Source: Longimicrobiales bacterium
GTDB lineage: Bacteria > Gemmatimonadota > Gemmatimonadetes > Longimicrobiales > Gaopeijiaceae
DNA length: 64,000 nt
Assembly: GCA_028284495.1 (NCBI GenBank)
Contig: JANQRP010000015.1
Coordinates: forward strand, 6,466 to 70,465
Reading direction: 5' to 3'
Within the stretch, counting starts at the first letter, position 1; every line of letters begins with the position of its first letter. Shown here piece after piece: positions 27,831 to 39,829 of the stretch. The position numbers and the translations under genes are program-made. The notes beneath the pieces were generated by a model that saw only the letters and a program-made list of their open reading frames with translations, did no database searches and had not been told where the DNA came from.

Positions 27831-28616
27831 ATGTCGGAAGAGCAGTTCGTACGCGTAGATCGGGACGGCGACATCGCCGTCGTGACGGTCGATCGGGAAG
27901 AGAAGATGAACGCCCTGAACGAGGCCGTCATTCGTCAGATCGGCGCCGCGTTCGATTCGCTCCGCGCGGACGACGACGTCCTCGGCGTGATCCTCACCGG
28001 GGCGGGGGAGAAGGCGTTCGTCGCGGGCGCCGACATCGGGGAACTCGCACAGATGACCCCCACCACCGGCGTGGCGACCAGTCGTCTGGGGCAGCGGGTG
28101 TTCGGCGCGATCGAGCGGTTCCCCAAGCCGGTGGTGGCGGCCATCGGGGGATACGCGCTGGGCGGCGGCTTCGAGCTGGCCCTCGCGTGCCACGTCCGGA
28201 TCGCGAGCGGCAATGCGCGATTCGGACTGCCGGAGGTTACGCTCGGGATCATTCCCGGGTACGGCGGCACCGTGAGGCTGGCGCGCCTGACGGGCCTGGG
28301 GCGAGCCATCGAGCTGACGCTCACCGGTGAGATGTTCGACGCGCAGCGCGCGCTCGAGCTGGGGATCGTGACGCGGGTCGTCGAGCAGAGCGACCTCACG
28401 GAGGAGGCCCGGACGCTCCTCCGCTCGATCACGAAGAACGGTCCGATCGCGGTGCGCCTGGCACTCGAGTCGATCTACTCGGCGCTCGACGTCAACACGA
28501 GGCAGGCCATGGACCACGAAGCGGCGCTGTTCGGCGTACTCGCCTCGACCGACGACATGAAGGAGGGGATGACCGCCTTCCTGGAGAAGCGGAAGGCGGA
28601 ATTCCGCGGGTGGTGA
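27831..28616 (+). CDS. Enoyl-CoA hydratase/isomerase (crotonase family)
   Basis: KMNALN, KAFVAGADI, GYALGGGFELALACH, FGLPEVTLGIIPGYGGT, EGMTAFLEKR. Confidence 0.93.
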   Translation: MSEEQFVRVDRDGDIAVVTVDREEKMNALNEAVIRQIGAAFDSLRADDDVLGVILTGAGEKAFVAGADIGELAQMTPTTGVATSRLGQRVFGAIERFPKPVVAAIGGYALGGGFELALACHVRIASGNARFGLPEVTLGIIPGYGGTVRLARLTGLGRAIELTLTGEMFDAQRALELGIVTRVVEQSDLTEEARTLLRSITKNGPIAVRLALESIYSALDVNTRQAMDHEAALFGVLASTDDMKEGMTAFLEKRKAEFRGW

Positions 28617-28623
28617 CGGCCGT

Positions 28624-29091
28624 TCAGCGGTAGGAGATGCGGTTGTCCCCGAGGTTCCACTCCACGGTGTCGCCGTCGCCGAGAAGGAACGCAGGTGAGC
28701 GAAGCGCGGGCCGGCCGGCCCTGCGACCCTCGAGGAAGTACTCGCCACTTCTCACGTCGCGGTAGACGAAGCGGCTCGACCCCGCCGCCGACACCGACCC
28801 GAGTCGGATCGGCCCCCCCGTGGTCGAGGATATGAAGACGATCATCCCGACGTAGCCCGACTCGAAGTTGTCGACCACCACCGTCGCGCGCGGCTCGGCG
28901 CCGGGGAACGGTCGGTCCGGTCCGGGCAGGCCGGCACACGCGGAGGCGAGTAGTGTGACCGCGACGCAGAGCCAGTACGGGCGAATCGAGCCGGGGAGCA
29001 GCTGGCGGGGCGAGCGACGTTGCGGCCTTGCTCGGGCGGGCCGACCTGGACCGGGCTCCGACCGGGCGGAGTGGGCTGCGGGTTCGTGCAT
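28624..29091 (-). CDS. Hypothetical lipoprotein
   Basis: Hydrophobic stretch + LASA-C lipobox; true start probably downstream of 29091. Confidence 0.55.
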   Translation of the reverse strand: MHEPAAHSARSEPGPGRPARARPQRRSPRQLLPGSIRPYWLCVAVTLLASACAGLPGPDRPFPGAEPRATVVVDNFESGYVGMIVFISSTTGGPIRLGSVSAAGSSRFVYRDVRSGEYFLEGRRAGRPALRSPAFLLGDGDTVEWNLGDNRISYR

Positions 29092-29288
29092 GGGTTCGGT
29101 CGGGTGTCGGGGAGCGGCGTCCTCGACTCAATACACAGCCCCGGCGCCCGCCCGTCCAGCCCTGCCGCGTAACAGCGCTGAACACCTTGTCCCACAACGA
29201 CTTCATGGCGCCCGGCGCGGGTAGCGAGCATGGCGGCAAATCGGTAGTTTACAAGGATGATTCCGGCACTCTCCCCCGGCCGCCCCAC

Positions 29289-30401
29289 GTGCGTTTGACG
29301 GCTCTCTCGCTGCGTCGATTCCGAAACCTCGCGTCCCAGGACCTCGCGATCCCGCGGGAGGGCCTCGCGCTGGTGGGGGAGAACGCGCAGGGGAAGTCGA
29401 ACTTCCTCGAGGCGATCTACTATCTGGAGACCCTCCGGTCGTTCCGGGGCGCGCGGGACGATCAGCTGGTGGGCTTCGACGAGGACGTCTTCCGCGTCGT
29501 CGGGACCCTGGCCGAGGAGACCGGGACGAGGGAGGTGGCCGCGGCGTATCAGCGGACCGGTCGGAAGAAGAAGGTGACGATCGACGGCGAAGAGCCCGAT
29601 CGCCTGACCGATGCGATCGGTCACGTGGCAGCGGTTCTCTTCTCCCCGGCCGACGTCGCGATCGTGTCCGAGGGTCCCGCCGAGCGCAGGCGGTTCCTCG
29701 ACATCGTCCTGTCGCTGAATGTCGATGGGTACGTCGAGGCGCTGGCCGAGTACCGGCACGTGCTCGGCCAGCGCAACGCGGCGCTGAAGGCGCCGCGGCC
29801 GAACCGGACGGTCCGCGTCTGGAACGACCTCCTCGTCGAGGCCGGTGCGACGCTCATGCACGCGCGCCGCAGCTGGGTGGAGAGCCGTGCCGAAGGCTTC
29901 TCGCGGTACTACGCGGATGTTTCGGGCGGGCAGGCGGCGGCGCAGTCGTACCGCCCGAACGTGCAGATCGACCAGGCATCGGACGTGGGCGAAGTCGGGG
30001 ACGCGTTCCGGGCCGCGCTCGAGGAGGCGGAGTCGAGCGATCTCCGCCTCCGGACGACGACGGTGGGACCGCACCGCGACGAGGTGCGCTTCCATCTCGA
30101 CGGTGAACGGGAGCTGGACGTGCGCGAGTACGGGTCGGGTGGACAGCGCCGCACCGTCGCGCTCGCGCTCCGGCTGCTCGAGGCGGACACGATCCGCGAT
30201 GCGCGCGGCCACGAGCCGATCGTGCTGATGGACGACGTGTTCGCCGAGCTGGACGAGGGCAGAAGCGAGCGGATCATGGAGCTGATCGACCGGGACGACG
30301 CCGGGCAGGTGATCCTCACGGCACCGAAGGAGAGCGACGTGAAGCTTCGCACCGACGTGCTGCCGCGGTGGTCGATCGCTGCGGGGCGGATCGATGCATG
30401 A
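29289..30401 (+). CDS. recF: DNA replication and repair protein RecF
   Basis: LRRFRNL, GENAQGKSNFLEAI, RSFRG, ERRRFLD, GPHRDE, GSGGQRR, LMDDVFAELD. Confidence 0.95.
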   Translation: MRLTALSLRRFRNLASQDLAIPREGLALVGENAQGKSNFLEAIYYLETLRSFRGARDDQLVGFDEDVFRVVGTLAEETGTREVAAAYQRTGRKKKVTIDGEEPDRLTDAIGHVAAVLFSPADVAIVSEGPAERRRFLDIVLSLNVDGYVEALAEYRHVLGQRNAALKAPRPNRTVRVWNDLLVEAGATLMHARRSWVESRAEGFSRYYADVSGGQAAAQSYRPNVQIDQASDVGEVGDAFRAALEEAESSDLRLRTTTVGPHRDEVRFHLDGERELDVREYGSGGQRRTVALALRLLEADTIRDARGHEPIVLMDDVFAELDEGRSERIMELIDRDDAGQVILTAPKESDVKLRTDVLPRWSIAAGRIDA

Positions 30402-30453
30402 CGGCCCAGGCTCGAGCTTCGGCGCGAGACGGTCACGTCGGCGGACGCGGACC

Positions 30454-30756
30454 GTGAAGGGCGAGGGACCCGAAAAGGTCGGTGACCTGCTGGGCGCGAT
30501 CCTGGACGAGGCGGGGATCCGCGCGGATCTCGACCGTCAGTCGGCTCTCTCCCAGTGGGAACGGAGCGTCGGCCCGAAGATCGCCGCGGTGTCGCGCGCG
30601 CGCTCGGTCGCGGACGGCACCCTGGTGGTCGAGGTGCGGTCGAGCGCGTGGCTCATGGAACTGAACATGATGAAGGGCGAGATTCTGGGGCGTCTCAACC
30701 GGGATCTCGACACGGAGGTGGAACGGCTCGTCTTCGTTCTCTCTCCCGAGGGCTGA
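30454..30756 (+). CDS. DUF721 / DciA family protein
   Basis: QWERSVGPKIAAVSRA...GTLVVEVRSSAWLMELNMMKGEILGRLN; classic position between recF and gyrB. Confidence 0.85.
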   Translation: MKGEGPEKVGDLLGAILDEAGIRADLDRQSALSQWERSVGPKIAAVSRARSVADGTLVVEVRSSAWLMELNMMKGEILGRLNRDLDTEVERLVFVLSPEG

Positions 30757-30764
30757 GTCGATAG

Positions 30765-32753
<1,989 letters not shown>

Positions 32754-32763
32754 GGAGTTCGAG

Positions 32764-34290
32764 GTGGAGGTGTCGGAAGCCGCTGCGCCATACCTGGTCG
32801 TCGGGGGCGGACGGCTGGCACGGCACCTCGCCCACTACTTCGATCTCCTCGGCATCACGCACACGGGCTGGGTACGGGCGGACGGGGCCGACGCGCTCGC
32901 GGCCCGCGCGGACGCGGCGCGGGCGGTCCTCCTGGCCCTCCCCGACGACGCCCTCGAGACGTTCGTTCGGGAGCACGACGCGCGGCTCGGCCCGGGCCCC
33001 CGCGTGCACTTCTCCGGTGCGCGGAGCGTGCGCGGTGCGACCGGGTGCCACCCGCTCGGGAGCTTCGGCGCGTCGATGCTGCCCGAGGCGACGTACCGGT
33101 CGGTGCACTTCGTCGTGGACGAGGGCGCCGGCGCGGCAGCATCCGGATTCGACGAGCTCTTCCCCGAACTCCCGAATCCCCATTCGACGATGCCTGAGTC
33201 GTGGAAGGCCGCATACCACACGGCCGCCGTGATGTCGGGCAACTTCACCGCCCTCCTGTGGCGGAGGGCCGCGGAGGTGTTCGACCGGCTGGGACTGCCC
33301 GACGCGGCGTGGGTCACGTACCTCGATACGGTGGCTCACAACATCCGCGCCGATGTGGAAGGCGCGGTCACCGGCCCGATCGTGCGCGGTGACGACGGGA
33401 CCGTCGCCGCCCACCTGGCGGAGCTCGGTGCGGGACCCTGGGGCGGAGTATACCGGGCCTTTCTCGGCGCCGCGGGGGTGACGGTGCCGGACTCGAGCGC
33501 GAGCGCGGACCGGCACCCCGCCGACGCGCTCGCGGTGTTCCGGTCGAGCCGTCCGATCGTCGCGACCACGGCGTACGACGCCTCGACCGCGGCGATCCTC
33601 GACGACATGCCTCTGGACTTCCTGCTCGTGGGCGACTCGGTGGCGATGGTCGTCTACGGACATCGCTCGACCCGCCGGGCCGACGTGGACATGCTCGCCC
33701 GGCACACGGCGGCGGTCCGGCGCGGCGCACCGTCGAAGTCGATCGTCGCGGACCTGCCATGGGTGGCGACACGCGATCCCGAACTGGGCGTGGCGGCCGC
33801 CCGCGCGCTGCTCGGTGCCGGCGCGGACGCCGTGAAGCTCGAGGCGCTGCCCGACAGCTGGGAGGTGCTGGCCGGGCTCCGCCGGGCCGGGGTCCCCGTG
33901 ATGGGTCACGTCGGACTTCTGCCCCAGCTGGTCGAGACGGGCGACTTCCGCGTGGCCGGCCGGGGTGAGGCCGCGGAAGCCGTACTCGAGGCTGCACGGC
34001 TCCAGGAGGAGGCGGGGTGCTTCGCGCTCGTGGTGGAGTGCGTGCCGAGGGAGCTGGGCGAGGCGATCACGCGCGAACGGACGATTCCCACCATCGGGAT
34101 CGGTGCGGGGTCCGCGACCTCCGGTCAGATCCTGGTTCTGAACGACATGGTGGGACTCTCGCCCGGACTCTCCCCGCGATTCGTGCGGGAGTTCGGCGAT
34201 GCGGCGACGCCCCTCGCGGACGCGGTCCGCGCGTACGTGAATGCGGTCCGCGACGGGTCCTTCCCGGCGGCGGACGAGGCGTACGAATGA
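32764..34290 (+). CDS. panB: Apparent fusion: Rossmann-like/DUF2520 (PanG-type ketopantoate reductase) + 3-methyl-2-oxobutanoate hydroxymethyltransferase PanB
   Basis: N-half VVGGGRLA, HFSGA, CHPL, YHTAAVMSGNF, TGPIVRGD; C-half TAYDA, LVGDSV, DLP, VKLE, GHVGL.PQ, VECVP, PTIGIGAG. One continuous frame as given; junction is in a G5 run (see findings). Confidence 0.85.
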   Translation: MEVSEAAAPYLVVGGGRLARHLAHYFDLLGITHTGWVRADGADALAARADAARAVLLALPDDALETFVREHDARLGPGPRVHFSGARSVRGATGCHPLGSFGASMLPEATYRSVHFVVDEGAGAAASGFDELFPELPNPHSTMPESWKAAYHTAAVMSGNFTALLWRRAAEVFDRLGLPDAAWVTYLDTVAHNIRADVEGAVTGPIVRGDDGTVAAHLAELGAGPWGGVYRAFLGAAGVTVPDSSASADRHPADALAVFRSSRPIVATTAYDASTAAILDDMPLDFLLVGDSVAMVVYGHRSTRRADVDMLARHTAAVRRGAPSKSIVADLPWVATRDPELGVAAARALLGAGADAVKLEALPDSWEVLAGLRRAGVPVMGHVGLLPQLVETGDFRVAGRGEAAEAVLEAARLQEEAGCFALVVECVPRELGEAITRERTIPTIGIGAGSATSGQILVLNDMVGLSPGLSPRFVREFGDAATPLADAVRAYVNAVRDGSFPAADEAYE

Positions 34291-35045
34291 TACGGGCCGA
34301 GACGGTCGCCGAGCTGCGGAGCGGGCGCGAGGGAATGGCGGGCCCGGTTGGATTCGTGCCGACGATGGGCGCGCTCCACGCAGGGCACCTCGCCCTGATC
34401 GAGCGGGCCCGCGAGGAGTGCGAGACGGTCGTCGGCAGCGTCTTCGTGAATCCGACCCAGTTCAACGACCCGGCGGATCTTCGGGCCTATCCCCGCGACC
34501 CGGACACCGACCTGACCACGATGGAAGGGGCGGGCGTGGATCTGGTGTTCACGCCCACGCCGGCCGCCATCTACCCGCACCTGTACCGGTACCGTGTGAT
34601 CGAGACGGAGCTGACCAGGGTCCTGGAGGGGGCCGGTCGCCCGGGTCACTTCGACGGCGTGCTGAGCGTGGTGCTCCGTCTGCTCAACCTGGTCGGGCCG
34701 GACCGAGTCTACTTCGGCGAGAAGGACTGGCAGCAGCTGACGCTGGTGCGCGAGATGGCGGAAGCCTTCTTCCTCCCGGTCGAGATCGTCGCGGTGGCGA
34801 CCGTCCGAGACGAGAACGGAGTCGCGCTCAGCTCCCGCAACCGGAATCTCGGCGCCCGGGCCTACGGCGGAGCCGTGGAGTTCGCGCGTATCCTCCGCGA
34901 GGCCGGCAGCGCCGAGGAGGCCCGCGCGGCCCTCGAGGCGCACGGAATCGACGTGGAGTACGTCGAGGAGCGCTGGGGCCGCCGGCTCGCGGCGGTGCGT
35001 GTGGGTGGCGTCCGGCTGATCGACAACGTGCCGGCCGGCACGTAG
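34287..35045 (+). CDS. panC: Pantoate--beta-alanine ligase (short form)
   Basis: GFVPTMGALHAGH, SVFVNPTQF, RPGHFDGV, YFGEKDWQQ, ALSSRN, RLIDNV; ATGA overlap with panB. Confidence 0.95.
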   Translation: MIRAETVAELRSGREGMAGPVGFVPTMGALHAGHLALIERAREECETVVGSVFVNPTQFNDPADLRAYPRDPDTDLTTMEGAGVDLVFTPTPAAIYPHLYRYRVIETELTRVLEGAGRPGHFDGVLSVVLRLLNLVGPDRVYFGEKDWQQLTLVREMAEAFFLPVEIVAVATVRDENGVALSSRNRNLGARAYGGAVEFARILREAGSAEEARAALEAHGIDVEYVEERWGRRLAAVRVGGVRLIDNVPAGT

Positions 35046-35176
35046 GGCTCGCGTCGCTGCCGGACGGACCGGCGGATCCGGCTCATCGGGCCATGGCGCC
35101 GCGTCTGGACGCCCTGCATGGTGGACGGGGGTGGCGCGTTCCGTGCCCGCCCGGGGTCCTCTACAGGAGCGGAAGC

Positions 35177-35401
35177 ATGTCGGACGCAGGCAGGGTCGCG
35201 GCGGTCGGAGTACGGTTTCTCTCGGCGTACCTGCTCATGCAGTCGGCCCTCGGACTGGTGGGCGTGGCCGGGCTGGCGCGGGTAGGGTCGGGCTTCGGAG
35301 CGATCGGGCTCGTGGCCGTCCTGATGCTGATGTTCCTCGGCGGCCTGCTCTGGGTCGCGGCGCCGACGTTCGGCGCCCTGCTCGCGCGCGGGATCGACTG
35401 A
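35177..35401 (+). CDS. Small hydrophobic membrane protein
   Basis: aggagcggaag RBS; 74 aa, two TM-like segments. Confidence 0.5.
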   Translation: MSDAGRVAAVGVRFLSAYLLMQSALGLVGVAGLARVGSGFGAIGLVAVLMLMFLGGLLWVAAPTFGALLARGID

Positions 35402-35552
35402 CCACCAGGGCCCGGGCGGAGCGACCTCTGTCCACGGGCCCACCCTTCGCGGTCCCGGGGCCGACGCTATCTTTCAGGGATTGAAGAATTCTGCCGCGGC
35501 GCTCGTCCTCCTAACCGTGGACAGGTCGCAGCCATCCTTGCGTCCCACTCCG

Positions 35553-36965
35553 ATGCTCCTCCGCCCGCTTCCCGGCTCTCGCCCCGCACGCACGTCCGCC
35601 AGCCCTGCCGCCGCACTGGGCCTCGTCCTGCTGACGGGGTGTGGCCCGGGCGCACCCGGCGCCGGCGACGCGCCGACGCCGACCCCCATCTCGACCGAGA
35701 TGGCGCTTCAGACGTTCGATTCGGCGTGGAGCCGCATCAACTCCAGCTACTACGACCCGGAGTTCCGGGGGATCGACTGGCCGGGGATCCGCGACGAGCT
35801 CAGACCGTCCGCCGCCGCCGCGAACACGCGGGAGGATCTCCGGACCGTGCTCCGTGACATGCTCTCGAGGCTCGGTGAAAGCCACTTCGCGATCCTGCCG
35901 GAGGAGAGCGTCGACGCGATTTCGGTGGACGACGACGGAGTGGTCGAGGAGGACGACGCGACGGAGGGCGGTCCGGGCGATCTCGGGCTCGAGTTCCGGT
36001 GGGTGGACGGACGCATGACGGTGTTCCGGGTGCGCGAGGGGAGCGCCATGGACGCGGGTGTGCGGGCCGGATGGGTCGTCGCGTCGATCGGCGATCGGTC
36101 GATGGACCGCTGGGAGTCGGTGGTGTCCGAAGCGGAGCCCGGCCGGGCGCGGATCGCCGTGGAGACCGAGACCCTGCAGGGTGCCGGGTCGCTGGTAGAG
36201 GGACCCTCAGGCAGTATCGTCCACCTCACGCTGGAGGACGGCGACGGAGAGCTGCGCGCCCTGGCGCTGGAGCGTCGGCCGGTGAAGGGCGATCTCGTGC
36301 AGTTCGGAGCGCTCCCCGCGATGGCGTCGTGGCTCGACTACCGCCGCGTCCCCACCGATTCGGGCGCCTGCATCGGCGTGATCGAGTTCAACATCTGGAT
36401 GGCGCCTCTCGTCGCGCCCTTCAATCGCGCCGTGGACGCTCTGGACGACTGCGCCGGCATGGTGATCGACCTTCGAGGCAATCTCGGCGGCGTTGGGGGA
36501 ATGGTGATGTCGACCGCGGGGTCCTTCTTCGGCGAACGCGCAGAACTGGGTACGGTCGAGTCGCGAACGGGCGAACTCAACTTCGTGGCCATGCCGCGCG
36601 GCGTGGACTCCGAAGGCCAGCTTCGCGACGCCTTCGAGGGACGTCTCGCGGTGCTCGTCGACCGGATGAGCATGAGCACGTCCGAGATCTTCGCCGCGGG
36701 CCTCAAGTCGACCGGGCGCGCCCGGCTGTTTGGGCAGACGACGCCCGGGTACGCGCTCCCGGCCATGACGATCCGCCTCCCGACGGGCGACGTGCTCTAT
36801 CACGTCGTTTCGAACCTGACCGACCCCGAGGGCGTACGCATCGAGGGCCTGGGCGTCCAGCCTGACGTCGAGATTCCGCTTCGGCGCGACGTGCTGCTCG
36901 AGGGACGGGACGAAGTGATGGATGCCGCGATCGCCTGGGCCGCCGAGTCCGGGCAGGAGCGGTGA
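35553..36965 (+). CDS. S41 family peptidase, predicted lipoprotein
   Basis: LTG-C lipobox; YYDPEF.GIDW; DLRGNLGG; SMSTSEIFA; GQTTPG; GLGVQPDV. Confidence 0.85.
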   Translation: MLLRPLPGSRPARTSASPAAALGLVLLTGCGPGAPGAGDAPTPTPISTEMALQTFDSAWSRINSSYYDPEFRGIDWPGIRDELRPSAAAANTREDLRTVLRDMLSRLGESHFAILPEESVDAISVDDDGVVEEDDATEGGPGDLGLEFRWVDGRMTVFRVREGSAMDAGVRAGWVVASIGDRSMDRWESVVSEAEPGRARIAVETETLQGAGSLVEGPSGSIVHLTLEDGDGELRALALERRPVKGDLVQFGALPAMASWLDYRRVPTDSGACIGVIEFNIWMAPLVAPFNRAVDALDDCAGMVIDLRGNLGGVGGMVMSTAGSFFGERAELGTVESRTGELNFVAMPRGVDSEGQLRDAFEGRLAVLVDRMSMSTSEIFAAGLKSTGRARLFGQTTPGYALPAMTIRLPTGDVLYHVVSNLTDPEGVRIEGLGVQPDVEIPLRRDVLLEGRDEVMDAAIAWAAESGQER

Positions 36966-37045
36966 ACAGAACCACGCGCCGTGCCGTATTTCCGGCGTGT
37001 GACGGATCCGAACACGGACCTATCAACCAATCTGGAGTCATTTCG

Positions 37046-37813
37046 ATGTACGCATCATCCCGCATTCTTCGACTCGGCGCGCTCGCGCTCGGCCTGGCCG
37101 TGGGGCTTCCGGCCGTCGCGTCGGCCCAGGACCTCCCGCCCGCGCAGCAGATCATCGACCGGTACGTCGAGGCGATCGGGGGCCGCGACGCGGCGCTCGC
37201 GTCCGTCTCCACGCGGACGGTCGGCTCCTTCTCGATGCCGGCGATGGGCGTGGAGGGTGACCTCGTCGTGCTGACCGGCGAGAACCAGGAGATGTACACG
37301 AAGGTGACGATCCCGGGACTGGGCGAGATGCAGTCCGGCTACACCGGCGAGGTGGGCTGGTCGATGGACCCGATGACGGGGCCCCGGCTGCTCGACGGAC
37401 TCGAGTTCGAGGCGATGCGCGAGCAGTCCAACGATCTCTACGCCGTGCGCGACGCTTCGCTCTTCACGTCCTTCGAGACGGTCGGCGAGGCGGAGTACGA
37501 CGGCGAGGCCTGCTGGGAGGTCGCCTACGTGTTCACCAGCGGACGCGAGTCGACGGAGTGCTACTCGAAGGACTCGGGTCTGCTTCTGGCCATGGTCTCG
37601 GCGCAGGAATCGCCGATGGGCTCCATGGACATGGTCACGCGTCTCTCCGACTACCAGCGGTTCGGCGACCTCATGGTACCGACCACCATGCGGCAGTCGG
37701 CCATGGGTCAGGAGCAGATGATGCGGATCGAGTCGATCGAGTTCGGCACGGTCGAGGCGTCGGAGCTTCAGCCGCCGGCCGCGATCATGACGCTGATCAA
37801 CTCGGGCGGCTGA
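37046..37813 (+). CDS. Secreted protein, LolA-like / DUF620-like fold
   Basis: Signal peptide ending ASA-Q; IIDRYVEAIGGRDA; SDYQRFGDLMVP; ggag RBS. Confidence 0.6.
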   Translation: MYASSRILRLGALALGLAVGLPAVASAQDLPPAQQIIDRYVEAIGGRDAALASVSTRTVGSFSMPAMGVEGDLVVLTGENQEMYTKVTIPGLGEMQSGYTGEVGWSMDPMTGPRLLDGLEFEAMREQSNDLYAVRDASLFTSFETVGEAEYDGEACWEVAYVFTSGRESTECYSKDSGLLLAMVSAQESPMGSMDMVTRLSDYQRFGDLMVPTTMRQSAMGQEQMMRIESIEFGTVEASELQPPAAIMTLINSGG

Positions 37814-37843
37814 TCCGCTCGCCGCTGCCGCCTCCGGTGGCGG

Positions 37844-38395
37844 TCAGGCCGCCGGACAGAAGCGCGTGAGGGTGCTCCGGGTGACCCCGGGAGCCGCGAC
37901 CACGGTGTAGAGACGCTCGTACTCGCTCTCGCCGATCGGGCTCACGGGGTCGCCTCCGAGCGCCTCGACCAGACCCGGCGTGGTGTTGGAGTGCCCGACC
38001 ACCAGCACCACGCCGCCCATCCCGCGGAGTTCTTCCGCGAATCCGCCGAGGGCGCGGGGATCGTACTCCTCGACCGTGAGGCCGAGCAGCTCGGCCACGG
38101 GGGCCGCCGTCTCCATCGTCCGCCGATACCCCGTCGAGAAGACCCGTGTGATCCCGGCGTGTTCGAGCGTCCGGGCGAGGCATCGAGCGCGCTCGTCGCC
38201 GACGGCCGAGAGCGTGGGGTCGGACTGCGCGACCATCTGCTCCCCGGGCGCCGGGTCGTCGGCGCGTTCGGCGTGCCGCACCGCGATGACGACCGTTCCG
38301 TCGGACGACTGCGCCGAAGCGGGCGCGGCAGCCGGCATTCCGGCCGCGAGCAGCACGAGAAGGGGCAGCGCGCTTCGAGTTCGGTTCGGCGTCAT
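37844..38395 (-). CDS. Secreted histidine phosphatase family protein (SixA/PGAM-like)
   Basis: Signal peptide; VRHAE, LSAVGDERA, STGYRRTMETA, VVGHSNT. Confidence 0.85.
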   Translation of the reverse strand: MTPNRTRSALPLLVLLAAGMPAAAPASAQSSDGTVVIAVRHAERADDPAPGEQMVAQSDPTLSAVGDERARCLARTLEHAGITRVFSTGYRRTMETAAPVAELLGLTVEEYDPRALGGFAEELRGMGGVVLVVGHSNTTPGLVEALGGDPVSPIGESEYERLYTVVAAPGVTRSTLTRFCPAA

Positions 38396-38555
38396 GGCTG
38401 AATCTCGGGTCGTCGGGTCGGGTTCGTCGGGCCGATGCGCGTGGCGCTGCCGCGTCGGACTCGCGCAGCGCCGGTCCGGAAGGTACGATCCGGGCCGAAG
38501 CCGGGCACGTTGCCCGGATCGATCGCCTGGGAAGGTCTCGAGCGGGGGCAGTGCG

Positions 38556-39662
38556 GTGACGAAGCGATGGGGAAGTCGGGGTCCGAAGGCGGCCCGTGGA
38601 AGATGCCGGCGCGCTTCCGGCATCGCCGTTCTCGTCGCCCTCGGTGTGGCGCCCACGGCGCTCTTGGGCCAGGAGTCCGCCGCACCGATCGGGCTGGGGG
38701 CGACCGAGGTCACCGCAGACGCGACGCAGGTCGCCCGTCCCCCCGACGTGCCGCGCCTCCACCACACCCACCTCAACTCGCTCGATCCCGACGCCGCGAT
38801 CGACTGGTACGTCGACGTGTGGCCGGAGGGCGAGCGCGGAGAGATCGCCGGCCACCCCGCGTTCGTCGCCGACGTACCCGTTCTCTTCACCCGCGTCGAG
38901 GAAGCACCTTCCGGCGCCTGGGACTTCGAGAGGAATCGGGCCTTCCCGCAGAGCGCCTTCTGGCACATCGGTGCCTTTGGAGACACGACGGACCGCTTCG
39001 AGGCGCTCGAGGCCCGTGGGCACACAGCCCTGCGCCTCGCCAGAAGCGCGGACGACGACGCGGGGGTCGTGCGATCCGGGCTGGCGGGGGACGAGCCACG
39101 TCCCGGCGGCTTCGGCTATCTCGTCGGGCCGGACGGCGCGCTCGTCGAGGTCACGGGCGGCCCGAACACGGGCCCGCGCTTCGCGCACGTCCATCTGTTC
39201 GGGGAGCACCCGCGCTGCGCCGCGAACTGGTACGCCGAGATCCTGGGGTTCTCGCTTCCGGATGGACGCGACCCCGACACCGGGAACCCCGTGCCTCGCG
39301 AACGCTACGAGCCGTGCGAAGGCGAGCGCGCCGAGCCCACCTGGCCCTCTCTCGATCCGGCGGGGACCATCCGCGGACCCAACGCGACCGTCCGACACGG
39401 CTCCGGAACCATCTCGATCTACCCACGGCAGTGCCTCGGGACCCAGTGCGAGGTGGACGAACCGCTGGTGCCCTCGCGAGGTCAGGTGCTCGATCATGTG
39501 GCGTTCGAGGTGGACGACCTCGATGCGTGGGCCGCGTGGCTCGAAGAGAAGGGCGTCACCGTCCTCGACGGGCGGGGCGCGTTCGGGGTCGAGGGCCGGC
39601 AGTTGATGATCGAGGGGCCGGACGGCCTCTCGATCAAGCTCGTCCAGATCGGCGGTGGGTGA
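38556..39662 (+). CDS. Secreted VOC (glyoxalase/bleomycin resistance) family protein
   Basis: LHHTHLNS, WHIGAFG, GPDGALVEV, FAHVHL, LDHVAFEVDDLDA, GPDGLSI; start approximate. Confidence 0.75.
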   Translation: MTKRWGSRGPKAARGRCRRASGIAVLVALGVAPTALLGQESAAPIGLGATEVTADATQVARPPDVPRLHHTHLNSLDPDAAIDWYVDVWPEGERGEIAGHPAFVADVPVLFTRVEEAPSGAWDFERNRAFPQSAFWHIGAFGDTTDRFEALEARGHTALRLARSADDDAGVVRSGLAGDEPRPGGFGYLVGPDGALVEVTGGPNTGPRFAHVHLFGEHPRCAANWYAEILGFSLPDGRDPDTGNPVPRERYEPCEGERAEPTWPSLDPAGTIRGPNATVRHGSGTISIYPRQCLGTQCEVDEPLVPSRGQVLDHVAFEVDDLDAWAAWLEEKGVTVLDGRGAFGVEGRQLMIEGPDGLSIKLVQIGGG

Positions 39663-39829
39663 CGGGGGCTCGACCCGGTCCTGTCGAACCGGTCCGGTTC
39701 CCCCCGGCACGGGGCTTAACGGATCGCCGCGTCCGAGTGTCTCTTTCAGCGCTCGGTGATCCCGAAGCCCCCCAATGGTGTACACGCAACCGTCCGCTCG
39801 TGAAGCCGACCGCTGAACCGAATCGACCC

